From positions 1 to 64,000 of the IMG/VR virus record IMGVR_UViG_3300042914_003231: a stretch of 64,000 bases of DNA; one strand, 5' to 3'. Source of the DNA: a virus. Its lineage: Duplodnaviria > Heunggongvirae > Uroviricota > Caudoviricetes. Shown here one piece after another: positions 44,650-55,161 of this stretch. A model generated the notes under the pieces. It was not told the origin of the DNA, made no database searches, and was given only the letters and a program-made list of their open reading frames with translations. The stretch's first letter is position 1. Each line of letters starts with the position of its first letter. The position numbers were made by a program, and so were the translations under genes.

Positions 44650-44719
44650 ATTTGCACAAAAGATAAAGATTTTGTATATTAGTATTATTATTTATTTATA
44701 AACCTAAAAAAGAAAAAAA

Positions 44720-46114
44720 ATGAGTTATTTTAACCATGCCTTCTCCAAGCAATTTCTTGGAACCGGCCCAACCCGCAACCTGGTTAGTACTGGCGCAGCT
44801 GCTTCAGTAACCAACCCTTTTTCAAACGGTGGTTTCATCTTGACCCCTGGTACAAGCACAACCACTTTATCAAATCTTCCAGCAGGTACTACTAACTTGC
44901 CTAAATCAGGTTACTTTGGATTTTTTGATCCAAACACTTACCTGTCTATTGATCCAACATTGACGACTTACAACTGTTGTCCTTTAGTGTTAGCTTCGGC
45001 TTCATTATTGACTAATGACAAGATTGGTCCTTTTCACGGTGGTTACCGCGAGACTAACAAATCTAAGGTAATTAATCCTAAGTATGTACAAAAAGCATAC
45101 AAGGTTACTACTTGCGTTCCTCAACAAACTGTAGTTTCTGTAGGTAGCACTCCTCAAACTCTTTTACCAACTGTTCCTGAAAAATTCCAAGGTGGTACAA
45201 CTTCTGCAACATGTTGTTTTACTTTCCTTTGTGGTGAAACATACTACTTACGCGTAGATATTAAAGGTTCTCCTGCACTTCGTGCTTTGAATCACAATGC
45301 TTACCAAACAGTAGATGCTTATACAGGTTGCTGTGCAGGACCTACTCCAACACCGGTTGACTCTACTTTAGTGTTCATTCAGTGGGCTGAGCAAATCATT
45401 CAAAATAACTACTTAAAGCCTTTTGTGCTTCCAGTAGTATTTGATCAAACTGGTGCTGCATGGTATGCTCCTGGTACTACAGTAGATCCTATTACTTTAG
45501 CTCCAGTATTACCAGCTCAGTGGTGGACTGCTTATGTGTCTCCAGGATATACTACAGGTGCTTGTGGTGGTATGCGTTTATTCGGTGCCTTTGTTGAGAC
45601 AAAGTTTGGTAACTGTACTTTCCAAGTAACTGATTTCTTCGAGAAAGAGCCAATTAAGATTTATGCCTCTATGGTTGACTACACTGGTGATCCTTGTGTA
45701 TTCGAAGGAATTTGTGTGTATAACGACTGCCTTGGCTTACAAGGTATGGGCTTTGGTGAACAAGTTGTTCGTGACTTGATCCTTTCTGAATCATACTTAC
45801 AAAACTTCTTTGCAAGTAATGACTTCCGTGTGAGAGAGATCACTCAAGGTTATGACATCTTGAACTCTGTAAACCGTAATGCATTGTACACTCGTTACTT
45901 CTTGTTACATAGTGTGCCTCGTTTCAACAACCCTACTGGTGTGTTTGATAATGATCGTTACATGCTTGAGATTATTGTTCCTGAGGTTAACCCTCTTGTG
46001 CCGGTAGGAAATCCAGCATTGGATACCTTCTTGACCAACTGGTTAGCAAGTTGTGCAAACTGTGTACCTTTTGAAACACAATCTTGTACATACTGTACTC
46101 CAGAAAACAACTAA
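44720..46114 (+). CDS. abundant virion structural protein (alternative major capsid or major tail candidate)
   Basis: 464 aa; followed by a very strong terminator. Confidence 0.5.
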   Translation: MSYFNHAFSKQFLGTGPTRNLVSTGAAASVTNPFSNGGFILTPGTSTTTLSNLPAGTTNLPKSGYFGFFDPNTYLSIDPTLTTYNCCPLVLASASLLTNDKIGPFHGGYRETNKSKVINPKYVQKAYKVTTCVPQQTVVSVGSTPQTLLPTVPEKFQGGTTSATCCFTFLCGETYYLRVDIKGSPALRALNHNAYQTVDAYTGCCAGPTPTPVDSTLVFIQWAEQIIQNNYLKPFVLPVVFDQTGAAWYAPGTTVDPITLAPVLPAQWWTAYVSPGYTTGACGGMRLFGAFVETKFGNCTFQVTDFFEKEPIKIYASMVDYTGDPCVFEGICVYNDCLGLQGMGFGEQVVRDLILSESYLQNFFASNDFRVREITQGYDILNSVNRNALYTRYFLLHSVPRFNNPTGVFDNDRYMLEIIVPEVNPLVPVGNPALDTFLTNWLASCANCVPFETQSCTYCTPENN

Positions 46115-46131
46115 AATTATAAGCCTAGAAA

Positions 46132-46161
46132 GAAGGGGAGGGGGGAACTCCTCCCTTTTTT
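46132..46161 (+). terminator. strong rho-independent terminator
   Basis: ggggagg...cctccc followed by TTTTTT. Confidence 0.65.
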
Positions 46162-46167
46162 GTTAAT

Positions 46168-46488
46168 ATGCAGTCTATTCTTAGATGTAAAAAGCCGAGT
46201 TGCTCAAATAGTTTCGAGCAAACTAGAAAAGACAGAGTCTATTGTTCTAGACACTGTAAGACTACGCATAAGACTAACAAAAGCAAGAAGAAAAAGCAAA
46301 AGCCCTATACAATTTTTAAAAAAGATATTTGTGAAAATTGTAAATTTGTACCTATCCATTCTTGCCAGTTAGATGTAGATCATATTGATGGTGATAATAA
46401 TAACAATCAGCCATACAATCTGAGAACCTTATGTGCAAACTGTCATAGGCTAAAAACATTTATGAGTGAGGATTGGAAAAAAGTTTAA
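46168..46488 (+). CDS. HNH homing endonuclease (second copy)
   Basis: LDVDHIDGDNNNNQPYNLRTLCANCHRLK. Confidence 0.75.
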   Translation: MQSILRCKKPSCSNSFEQTRKDRVYCSRHCKTTHKTNKSKKKKQKPYTIFKKDICENCKFVPIHSCQLDVDHIDGDNNNNQPYNLRTLCANCHRLKTFMSEDWKKV

Positions 46489-47063
46489 TAAATTTCATCA
46501 TGTCAAGACACGTTTTAAGTCTGGAAATACCAGACACACTCAATAAGTGTATTCTAAGGGTAGTTGACACTAGTGTCTATGACCCAAACATAGCTGTTAC
46601 TTGTCCTCTGTTACAAGTAACTACACCTGGTTTTATACATCCTGTTAATTTTTCTGAGCCTCAAATTTTTCCCGGATTCATGGCGAACTTAACAGCTTGT
46701 GATCTAGGCCTTCAAACAGCAGATTGTAATACTGTGTTCTTTGATATTCCTGATGGGATTTATATCATAAAGTATAGTGTTGAACCAAAAAAGTTTGTGT
46801 ATGTTGAATACAATCACTTAAGAACAACTTGTGCTTTAAATCGAATCAATAAGATTCGATGCTCTCTAAACCTTGGAGCTTGTGAACCTCCTACAGATGT
46901 TTTACAAAAGCTTCAACAAATTGGTCTAATTGAACAATACATTAAAGCTGCTAAAGCCTATGTAGAAGATTGTCATGATCCTAAAAAAGGTATGGAAATC
47001 TTTAAGTATGCTGTAAAGCTAATTGATAAGTTATCTTGTTCAACTGGATGTGAAACTTGCTAA
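46473..47063 (+). CDS. Cys-containing structural protein
   Basis: 196-aa ORF. Confidence 0.45.
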   Translation: MEKSLINFIMSRHVLSLEIPDTLNKCILRVVDTSVYDPNIAVTCPLLQVTTPGFIHPVNFSEPQIFPGFMANLTACDLGLQTADCNTVFFDIPDGIYIIKYSVEPKKFVYVEYNHLRTTCALNRINKIRCSLNLGACEPPTDVLQKLQQIGLIEQYIKAAKAYVEDCHDPKKGMEIFKYAVKLIDKLSCSTGCETC

Positions 47064-47085
47064 ATAATTTTTAAAACCAACAAAT

Positions 47086-47277
47086 ATGAATTGTACAAAC
47101 TGTGGAGCTAAATTAGGATGTGGTTGTCAAAAAAGAATTGCTAGTGATGGCAGATCTTGTTGTGCTAACTGCATTTCAGCATACGAAGCCGGTCTTAAAA
47201 AAACCAATTTAAGTATGCCAGGAACTAAACCTTCTAATGTAAGTGTGTTTTACACAGCTCCAAAAAAGACAAACTAA
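47086..47277 (+). CDS. small Cys-rich protein
   Basis: MNCTNCGAKLGCGCQKRIASDGRSCCANC. Confidence 0.4.
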   Translation: MNCTNCGAKLGCGCQKRIASDGRSCCANCISAYEAGLKKTNLSMPGTKPSNVSVFYTAPKKTN

Positions 47278-47280
47278 CAA

Positions 47281-50200
47281 ATGGCATGTTACGAAATACA
47301 AAATTGTCAGACTAATACTACTAGTATAATTAGTTATGCAGGACCTAGTTTAACACTTGGGGATATTATTAAACCTACACCTTCTATCGATCCGCCAAAT
47401 GTTAGTGCTGATTGCTGGACGGTTATTGGGGGTCCTATCCCTTGTGACAGTTTGCCTTTTGTAACAGTTACCAGTGTTGTTATTTATAATAGTTGCTCAC
47501 CTTGTATTGCAACACAACTTCCTACTTGTTATGAACTTACTGATTGTTCAGGAACTGTTGTATACTATACTAATGATAATCTATCATCTTTTGTAGGTAA
47601 CTATGTTTCTAGCCCTCTTTATCCGGGATATTGCTTTTATGTAGCAGTATCTCAAACTTGTACTAATCCTGTAGCTTTTAGTAATCCTGTTGCTTGTACT
47701 TGTACTTGTTATACTTTAACTGATTGTGAAGGAATTATTCCCCCATTTAATACATTCTCTAACTTAGCAGCTTATTTTGGTCAGGTAATTCAAATTAATG
47801 AAAATGGTGGATGTGCTGGACCATGTTTCTTTGTTAGTGTTAACACTGGAACATGTGGTGAACCTCGTGCTGCTACTGTTACACTTAATTGTCAACCGTG
47901 TCCTCCTTGTAATGATTGTTATGTACTACTTGACTGTACTACAAGACAACCGTTTCTCACTCTTTCAAACCCTACAGCAAATGGTATTGACTTATCTACT
48001 CTTATTGGTCAAGTTATTGGTCAAGTTTGTCTTGGCCCTAATAATACGCAATGTACAAATGGTTGTTGGGAAATTCAACAAGCTTCATCATGTGCTGGAT
48101 CAGTAAATGCTTATGTATATAACATATTCCAAGATTGTGTATCATGTAATGCAGTATGTTATAAGTTTACAAATTGTCAAACCTTACAAGAGATACTTGT
48201 TACTTACACTGTTCCGAATATTACTCTACCGAATCCATCAACTCTTTTAGGTAATACATTAGGTTCTTTATGTTTTAAACCTCCTACAAATTGTTTATCT
48301 GGGTGCTGGAATGTATCACTTAATGATACTGCAGATTGTTCAGGAGCTATTGATTGGACCGCTGCTCTTAGTTACACAGAGTTTGCAAATTGTACTCAGT
48401 GTCAGCCTGCGTGTTACCTTCTTACTGAATGTGCTCCGGCAATTACTCCTCCTTTTATTGTGAGTAATGACTTGAGTCTTTATGTAGGAAATGTTGTTAA
48501 AATATGTGACTCTCAAGGTAATTGTAATTGCTATAATGTAGAACTTGCACAAACTTGTGATGGATCTATTGTTATAGATAATGCTAATGCAAGCTTTACT
48601 ACTTGTGAAGAATGTAATTCTTGTGATTGTCCTCCAGGTTATACTAAGATTGATGACTATTGTCAAAAAATTACTAGTGTTCCTGCTATCTTAAATCCTT
48701 CTATTTATAACTCAGCTCCAGGAAGTATTAATGATAACTACGGTAGTCTTGGTACAAGATTCTATCCGAATGTTACAAGTCTTCCTTATCCTTTAACAGC
48801 TGTTACTGGACCAGATAGATTTGTTGATTTTGCTAATGTTAATGTTTCTTATACATCAAGTGTAGTAGGTATATGGGGTGGTCCTGTCGGATCAAGATTA
48901 AGTACGGTTGGTATATGGACATCTGTTGCTCCTAATCCTATAAACGAATGGATCGGTTTTGCACAGTGTATTAATATTCCTACAACCGGAACTTATTGTG
49001 TAGGTATTGGTGGTGATGATTGTGTAAGAGTAAAACTTGACGGAGTTATTATTGCAGAGGCTTGTATAGGATTTTTTGATTTTAGATACTGGCATGTATT
49101 TGAGTTAAATCTTACAGCAGGAACTCATGTGATTGTTGTTGAAGGAAATAGTGGAGGTGGACCTGCAGCCTTTGGTGCTGAAATTTATCAAACTAACATT
49201 GTTGCTTTACAAGCAATAACTACTGTCCCAGCTTTACAAGCTATTACTGTGTTTAGTACTTTCCCAATGAGAAGTACTCCAACACCATTCCAAACCGGTC
49301 AAACATCTGGTTACTCTTGTCCTCCAGGTTCAACACTTAATTTGTGTGGAACACCTAGTTGTACAATTATTGAAACTATTCCTTTTGTTTCTTGTGCTCC
49401 AACATTCAGAGTAACTGATTGTGCAGGTATTATGGAACCTTTTATTACTAATACAGATCTTTCTTCTTACCTAACAGGTATTCATAAAACTTGTATTACA
49501 ACTGCTAATTATAGTACTACTTGTTACTTATTAAGAGACTGTAACCGATTAGTAGATGAAGTTATTACAACAAGTAATATGGAGTCTTATCTATGGACTT
49601 CTGTTTCTCTTAATGAATATCCGGGATCATGCTTTTTAGTATTACCTTTACCTTCAAATACCACATGTGTAACTAATCCTGTAACATTAAGTTCTAATCC
49701 TTGTGTTTGCCCTAATGCTCAACAGCCTTGGCCAAATGGTTGCTATTGTGTTACAGTAGAAGAAATACTTATACCAGAAGTAGCTCCAGATTTTCTTGGA
49801 GTATTCCAAAATCAACTTTATAACTGCTGTGAGGACTGTCTTCGCGTGTGCTATTTACTTACAGATTGTCAAGGAGCCCTTGACCCAGTAGTAGTATGTA
49901 ATGATCTAGAACTATATATAGGAAAAATAATTCAGATTGAAGGTTGTGGTGATACTTGTTGGCAAGTTGCAACATCAAACAATTGTAATAGCAATACAAT
50001 CTTTGCTGGAGCTATTACCAGTTTCGAAACATGTGAAGATTGTCTTCCGCCAATTCCTCCAGCTCCACTTTTAGAGTTGCACCCAAGAAGAATTAAACCA
50101 GGGTACTTCAGCCCTAACTGTAAGATTCCTTTAGAATATATTGAAAAAGTAAACTGTACTTTTGCTAGACAAGTTTATGACAGTATGCTTATATTAAGAT

Positions 50201-51525
50201 ATGGTATAACAGTTTGTTGTGATCATGACTTACCTCTTTGGGCCAATCGAAAAGCAATTCTTGATTATGAGATGTTAATCGATCCTAGCTTATGTAAGTC
50301 TACATTATGTTATTGTCCAAAACCTTGTCTCATCAGTGTGGAAATTGTATTACTTCCTACATGTGTTGCTCCTGTAATAGTAAATACTTTGATAGATTTT
50401 GTATGTCCTGCTCCAGTAGTTATTGATGCAGTAATTGAATACAATCCAGTTACGGCTGATTGTAATTGCTATACAATAACTCCTCTGGAACAACCTATAG
50501 AAATGTTGTATTTGGATTGCTGTTGTGCTTTACAAAGAATAATAATTGATAATTTAGAACCAATAAATATTTGTGCTAGTACAACTCCTGCTATTTATCC
50601 ACAATCAGGTAGTGCTACTGTAGTACTTAATGGTGATTGTAACGATCTTGGTCCATGTAATCCTCCAATATGTTATTGTTGGAAGGTAACTAATACTAAT
50701 TCTCCAGGTTCACCTGATGGTGAAGCTTCATTTGATGCATGCTCTACAGGGCCATCCCAAACAAGTGTGTCTGCTTTTGTATCTGCTGGAAGCTTTATTT
50801 CTAATTGTGCATTTAACCCACCTACAGTTAGTTCAGGATTAGTTGTTGAAAACATGGGGCCGTGTGTTAATGGTCGTTGTGTACCTCCTCCATGTCAGTG
50901 TTATGAAGTAACATCTATGGTATCATGCCTATACAATTATACAAACTGTGATGGACAACCTGCTACTATACTAACAACTCCTGGTATTTCATACATCTGT
51001 TCTCAGACTTTACCATTTCCAGATGCTATTTGTTCAAACGAAAGTTCAGTAATTCTTACATCTTACCCTTGTGATCCACTACTTGGTACTTGTGGTCCAC
51101 CTCCTCCATGTGTTTGTTATATTGTAACAATTCAAACTCCGGGTGGTCAAGGTTGTAGTATAGATTATACTCCGTGTGGAGAATCACCTAGATCACAAAT
51201 ATTCCCTGATGGCCTAAACTATATCTGTTCACAAACTCCTCCTGTGCAAAGCGTTGGATCAACTTGCACAGTAACTATTCAGTCTACATCACTGAATTGT
51301 GGTTTAGGAGAATGTAATGATTTTGTATTACCTTGTAATTGTTATACATTTACAGTTCAAGGTAGTAATTTTGCATTCCAAAGTATAATAGACTGTTCAG
51401 GAAATCCTGGTGAAATAGGAGGTGCACCTGGAACAGTAGGTGTTGCTTGTGTACAAAATTTTGGGCCACCTAACCCTAATATTATTATATCCGCTACACC
51501 AGGAGCTTGTGGATCAACCTGCTAA
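47281..51525 (+). CDS. giant Cys-rich repeat protein with PA14-like domain (putative adhesin or receptor-binding fibre)
   Basis: about 8 repeats of roughly 100 aa starting C(Y)xLTDC; a second repeat family C.CYxVT; GTYCVGIGGDDCVRVKLDGVII resembles the PA14 core. Confidence 0.65.
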   Translation: MACYEIQNCQTNTTSIISYAGPSLTLGDIIKPTPSIDPPNVSADCWTVIGGPIPCDSLPFVTVTSVVIYNSCSPCIATQLPTCYELTDCSGTVVYYTNDNLSSFVGNYVSSPLYPGYCFYVAVSQTCTNPVAFSNPVACTCTCYTLTDCEGIIPPFNTFSNLAAYFGQVIQINENGGCAGPCFFVSVNTGTCGEPRAATVTLNCQPCPPCNDCYVLLDCTTRQPFLTLSNPTANGIDLSTLIGQVIGQVCLGPNNTQCTNGCWEIQQASSCAGSVNAYVYNIFQDCVSCNAVCYKFTNCQTLQEILVTYTVPNITLPNPSTLLGNTLGSLCFKPPTNCLSGCWNVSLNDTADCSGAIDWTAALSYTEFANCTQCQPACYLLTECAPAITPPFIVSNDLSLYVGNVVKICDSQGNCNCYNVELAQTCDGSIVIDNANASFTTCEECNSCDCPPGYTKIDDYCQKITSVPAILNPSIYNSAPGSINDNYGSLGTRFYPNVTSLPYPLTAVTGPDRFVDFANVNVSYTSSVVGIWGGPVGSRLSTVGIWTSVAPNPINEWIGFAQCINIPTTGTYCVGIGGDDCVRVKLDGVIIAEACIGFFDFRYWHVFELNLTAGTHVIVVEGNSGGGPAAFGAEIYQTNIVALQAITTVPALQAITVFSTFPMRSTPTPFQTGQTSGYSCPPGSTLNLCGTPSCTIIETIPFVSCAPTFRVTDCAGIMEPFITNTDLSSYLTGIHKTCITTANYSTTCYLLRDCNRLVDEVITTSNMESYLWTSVSLNEYPGSCFLVLPLPSNTTCVTNPVTLSSNPCVCPNAQQPWPNGCYCVTVEEILIPEVAPDFLGVFQNQLYNCCEDCLRVCYLLTDCQGALDPVVVCNDLELYIGKIIQIEGCGDTCWQVATSNNCNSNTIFAGAITSFETCEDCLPPIPPAPLLELHPRRIKPGYFSPNCKIPLEYIEKVNCTFARQVYDSMLILRYGITVCCDHDLPLWANRKAILDYEMLIDPSLCKSTLCYCPKPCLISVEIVLLPTCVAPVIVNTLIDFVCPAPVVIDAVIEYNPVTADCNCYTITPLEQPIEMLYLDCCCALQRIIIDNLEPINICASTTPAIYPQSGSATVVLNGDCNDLGPCNPPICYCWKVTNTNSPGSPDGEASFDACSTGPSQTSVSAFVSAGSFISNCAFNPPTVSSGLVVENMGPCVNGRCVPPPCQCYEVTSMVSCLYNYTNCDGQPATILTTPGISYICSQTLPFPDAICSNESSVILTSYPCDPLLGTCGPPPPCVCYIVTIQTPGGQGCSIDYTPCGESPRSQIFPDGLNYICSQTPPVQSVGSTCTVTIQSTSLNCGLGECNDFVLPCNCYTFTVQGSNFAFQSIIDCSGNPGEIGGAPGTVGVACVQNFGPPNPNIIISATPGACGSTC

Positions 51526-51575
51526 TAAGATTTGCTAAATTGATAAAAAATAAGTATATTTAATAAACAAGAATA

Positions 51576-53045
51576 ATGAAGCCACTTAACATAGACAAAA
51601 CCGGTTGCAGTAATATATCATCTAATTGTGTTACATGGCAAGGTCCTGATATTGAGTGTATTAATTTATGTAAGGGTGACTCCGTTACTGAAGTAGTATA
51701 TAAATTAGCCCTTGAATTATGTAATCTTATGGACACTTTTGATCTTAAGAATTATGATCTTAAGTGCTTTTCTACCGGAGTGTGCCAACCTAAAGATTTT
51801 AAAGACTTCTTAAACATTTTAATCACCAAAGTATGTGCACTACAAGATTGCACTGGTTGCGGTGATAATTGTAATCCTTGCCCTACACCAACTATTCCTT
51901 CAACTAATGGGACAAATGGTGATCCTAATCCAGTAATGAAAGTGGCTCCTGCTTTTTACTATACTAATCAGTATGGTGATCAGGTTACTACCATGTCAAT
52001 GCAGGATTATGTAACTACTATTGGCAATCGTGTTTCTACACAAGTAAGCCAGATTCAGAATATTCAGGCTACTTTACTGCAGCAAAATGAGCGTATTACA
52101 AATCTTGAAAATAAACCAGATCCTAGTTTTAGTATGCCTCAAATTGTACAAGATGGGAATTTAGTTAATCTGGATGTTGTTTTACAAACATTAAGCAGTG
52201 AGTTTTCTCAGCTTGAAAATGCAACGGGTGATCCTAATTCCATCTACACAAACATGCAAAAAGTAGATGCTAATTTGTCCAACACGCCTAGTTTAGCTAC
52301 CCCTGGTGCTACTATGGGATCTTTACCAGGATGGACAGTAAATCCTTCTAACCAAGCTGAAAGCTTTGGTAACATGTGGAAAACTATCTTAGATATAAGA
52401 AATGCTGTTCAAAACTTAATCAATAATTATGTTCCAAATATCTGCTCTAGTATCTCTATTAGCTTAGTTGCTACTTATGACTCTAATGTTAACCAAGTAA
52501 CTCTTTACTTTACTGGTGCTATTCCTACAGATTTTGTTAACACAATCCCTGGAGGAACAACTTTTACAATAGCTGACGTATATAATAATACTACAACAGT
52601 ATTGATTGATATTCAAAGTGTAATTAATAATGTAGCTGGTTATGTTGTTCCTCTTGGAGGAACTCGTTTAAATACAGCAGGTAACTTGATTATATCAGCT
52701 AGTCCTTCTTATAATAGCAGATCAACAGGTTCTCAGTGTGTATCTACTCTAAACTTTACTATTGTAAATACAGGAGCCTGCCCTTCTGCAACTTACACTC
52801 CTACTAACAACTCTATTGAGTATTCATTTACTACAGAGTCAGGAACAAGAACATATACTGTTGAATTATCAAATAGTGGCGGTGGCCTACCTCCTACTAT
52901 ACAAACATTCACAACTACTAGTGTACAAAACATTACAAGTGTGTTTGCAGGATTAACTTCATTGACTAATTACACAGTAAGAATAACAGTAACTGTAAAT
53001 GGTGTATCAACAGCTTGTCCAATTACAGCAGTAACAACATTATAA
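51576..53045 (+). CDS. Cys-rich structural protein
   Basis: 489 aa; N-terminal Cys cluster then an S/T/N-rich region. Confidence 0.5.
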   Translation: MKPLNIDKTGCSNISSNCVTWQGPDIECINLCKGDSVTEVVYKLALELCNLMDTFDLKNYDLKCFSTGVCQPKDFKDFLNILITKVCALQDCTGCGDNCNPCPTPTIPSTNGTNGDPNPVMKVAPAFYYTNQYGDQVTTMSMQDYVTTIGNRVSTQVSQIQNIQATLLQQNERITNLENKPDPSFSMPQIVQDGNLVNLDVVLQTLSSEFSQLENATGDPNSIYTNMQKVDANLSNTPSLATPGATMGSLPGWTVNPSNQAESFGNMWKTILDIRNAVQNLINNYVPNICSSISISLVATYDSNVNQVTLYFTGAIPTDFVNTIPGGTTFTIADVYNNTTTVLIDIQSVINNVAGYVVPLGGTRLNTAGNLIISASPSYNSRSTGSQCVSTLNFTIVNTGACPSATYTPTNNSIEYSFTTESGTRTYTVELSNSGGGLPPTIQTFTTTSVQNITSVFAGLTSLTNYTVRITVTVNGVSTACPITAVTTL

Positions 53046-53056
53046 AATAAACTAAA

Positions 53057-54271
53057 ATGAGCGATTGTACAAAATGTGGAAAATGTCAAGAAGACTGCGG
53101 GTGCATTCCTAGAGGTATGACAACTCCTAACTATTGCCCTGGAGATCTTCCGCCTTGTCCTGAGCCTTCACCATGTAATGAAACATTTGATAGCAAGTGT
53201 GTTATCTATACAGGAGAAGATCTTCCTTGTATTGGAGTAGAACAGGGTAATTCGATAGAGCAAGTTATTCTTGCTTTAAATGAAAAACTGTCTCCTCTGT
53301 TTTGTTTAGAGTGTCCTAGTTTAAATATCCCGGCTAATAATGCTGTGAATATCCCTTATGATCAAACTCTAAACTGGAATGCTGTTCCAGGAGCTACATC
53401 TTATGATGTGTACTTTGGAACAACTGCTGTTAATCCTCCTCTTGTATCAGCTGGTCAAATTTCAACAGCATATACTTATCCGTATCCGTTGCTTCCAGGA
53501 ACTGATTATTACTGGAAAGTAGTACCTAAGAATGCTACAAGTGCTGCACAAAATTGTGCTACTTACCAATTCAAGACTAAAGAAGTTACTTGTGTAAATC
53601 CTTTATCTTACATGCTTGAGTATGTAATGAGTGAGCAACCTTTAAACAGTGTGTTTAATCCTGGAACTTTAGTTGACTCTATAGTTGATTTTTTGAATAA
53701 TGGTGAGTTAATCACTAACTGTAATTTTTGTTGTCCTGATTGTAAAGATACTAACAGATATGTATTAGCTTCTGCTCCTTTGTACGCGTTACACTATAGC
53801 CAATTCTATAGTCTTCCTAATTGTCCTCCAATATGCTGTACAGAAGTAGATGCTTCTTTAACAGCTATGATTGCTACATTCAATAATGCTTCTCCATCTT
53901 TATCTGAAGCCTTTAAAGATATTCCTCCTGTGACAAACTGTTGTGGAACAAACTTCAGCGAATGTGCTGATTCTTTAAAAGTTTCTTTAGGTACATCACG
54001 GGATGCTATTTTCAAATTATTAGGTGTAGTAGAAGAATCTACAATTAGTAATACAACGCAGCTTTGTGTACTATCTACATTCTTAAACTCATTACCGCCA
54101 GCAGTTACTGATGCTCAAAAAGCTTCAATTATTGCTGCAATTCTTAACAATGGATTTGTTGTAGATTGCCGTCCAGAGGGTACTATTATTTCAGGAATTC
54201 AGAAATACAAACAATACATAACAGCTGTTCAAGATGGCTGCTTATGTTATAAACCATGTATAACACCATAA
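53057..54271 (+). CDS. Cys-rich protein with fibronectin type III domain
   Basis: NWNAVPGATSYDVYFG...DYYWKVVPKN is the classic Fn3 signature. Confidence 0.55.
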   Translation: MSDCTKCGKCQEDCGCIPRGMTTPNYCPGDLPPCPEPSPCNETFDSKCVIYTGEDLPCIGVEQGNSIEQVILALNEKLSPLFCLECPSLNIPANNAVNIPYDQTLNWNAVPGATSYDVYFGTTAVNPPLVSAGQISTAYTYPYPLLPGTDYYWKVVPKNATSAAQNCATYQFKTKEVTCVNPLSYMLEYVMSEQPLNSVFNPGTLVDSIVDFLNNGELITNCNFCCPDCKDTNRYVLASAPLYALHYSQFYSLPNCPPICCTEVDASLTAMIATFNNASPSLSEAFKDIPPVTNCCGTNFSECADSLKVSLGTSRDAIFKLLGVVEESTISNTTQLCVLSTFLNSLPPAVTDAQKASIIAAILNNGFVVDCRPEGTIISGIQKYKQYITAVQDGCLCYKPCITP

Positions 54272-54282
54272 ACCAATAAAAC

Positions 54283-55014
54283 ATGCTAACACCAGCAACA
54301 TTAACAGTAACATTCACAGCTAACTATGCAGGACCACACAGAATCTGTTGGAGAATCCAAGGATCTACAGGACCATATGTGTGCACTAATATAGTAAACT
54401 GCGCGGGAGGGGGAAACGTCTGCCAAGCAGTGGTATCCATAATGGTGGATCCTGAAAGTTGTGATCCAGTTACCTACGAAGGATATATTCAAGCAACTTG
54501 TAATCCGGAAGGATCTCCTGTAGATCAAGTACCTTGGGTGGCTACTTTTACACCTAATCCAGTATGTAAAATGTATAGTATTAGATCTACACCTAATGTG
54601 CTTTGTACAACTCCTCCACAATTGCTTCCGTTAATTCCTGCTACCACAATGGGTCTGAACTGTAATGGTACAGCTAGACCAGCTGTTCAGCTTTTTTGTG
54701 CTAAACCTGTTTATTTGTGTGCAGTAGGTATCATCCCTAATTTACCTCCAGAGTATGTTATGACATTATTTGATGGTTGCTGTTATGATTGTACTGAATA
54801 TGATGTTACTATTTCACCAGCTTGTCCTGGTTGTGTACTTAATGGATCAAGCATATATTACATAGATTGCAATACAAAAGAATTAATAAGACAAGACTTT
54901 ACTGGTAATACTGCTGTAACAATTTCCGGTATTTGTGCTGTTACTGGTTCTGTATCTTTACAAACGACTGAGGAAGCTAATGGTGTAATTACACCAATCG
55001 GACCTTGTTCATAA
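54283..55014 (+). CDS. Cys-rich protein
   Basis: 243 aa with many Cys pairs. Confidence 0.5.
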   Translation: MLTPATLTVTFTANYAGPHRICWRIQGSTGPYVCTNIVNCAGGGNVCQAVVSIMVDPESCDPVTYEGYIQATCNPEGSPVDQVPWVATFTPNPVCKMYSIRSTPNVLCTTPPQLLPLIPATTMGLNCNGTARPAVQLFCAKPVYLCAVGIIPNLPPEYVMTLFDGCCYDCTEYDVTISPACPGCVLNGSSIYYIDCNTKELIRQDFTGNTAVTISGICAVTGSVSLQTTEEANGVITPIGPCS

Positions 55015-55161
55015 TATTATGATGTCACGGTTTGTTGGTTTCAACGTGGCTGACAAGCAAAGTCCCTGGTTAAATTATACTGGGGACTTTTGCATTTAAA
55101 GAATTGTACTTTACACTATAAAAGTTTATTTTTAAACTTTCAAAAAAATGTGTATATTTAT

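Noticed and set aside
47798-50855. Several 60-110-aa ORFs in alternative frames inside the giant Cys-rich gene. Similar ones lie inside the portal gene (34895-35185, 36485-37100), inside the 57462-62831 ORF (57860-59272) and inside the scaffold gene (37311-37749)
   Set aside because: They are shadow ORFs embedded in long, well-supported genes.
55052-55095. Terminator after the 54283-55014 gene
   Set aside because: The hairpin gtccc/gggac is short with a long loop and a poor T-tract, so it is too weak to call.
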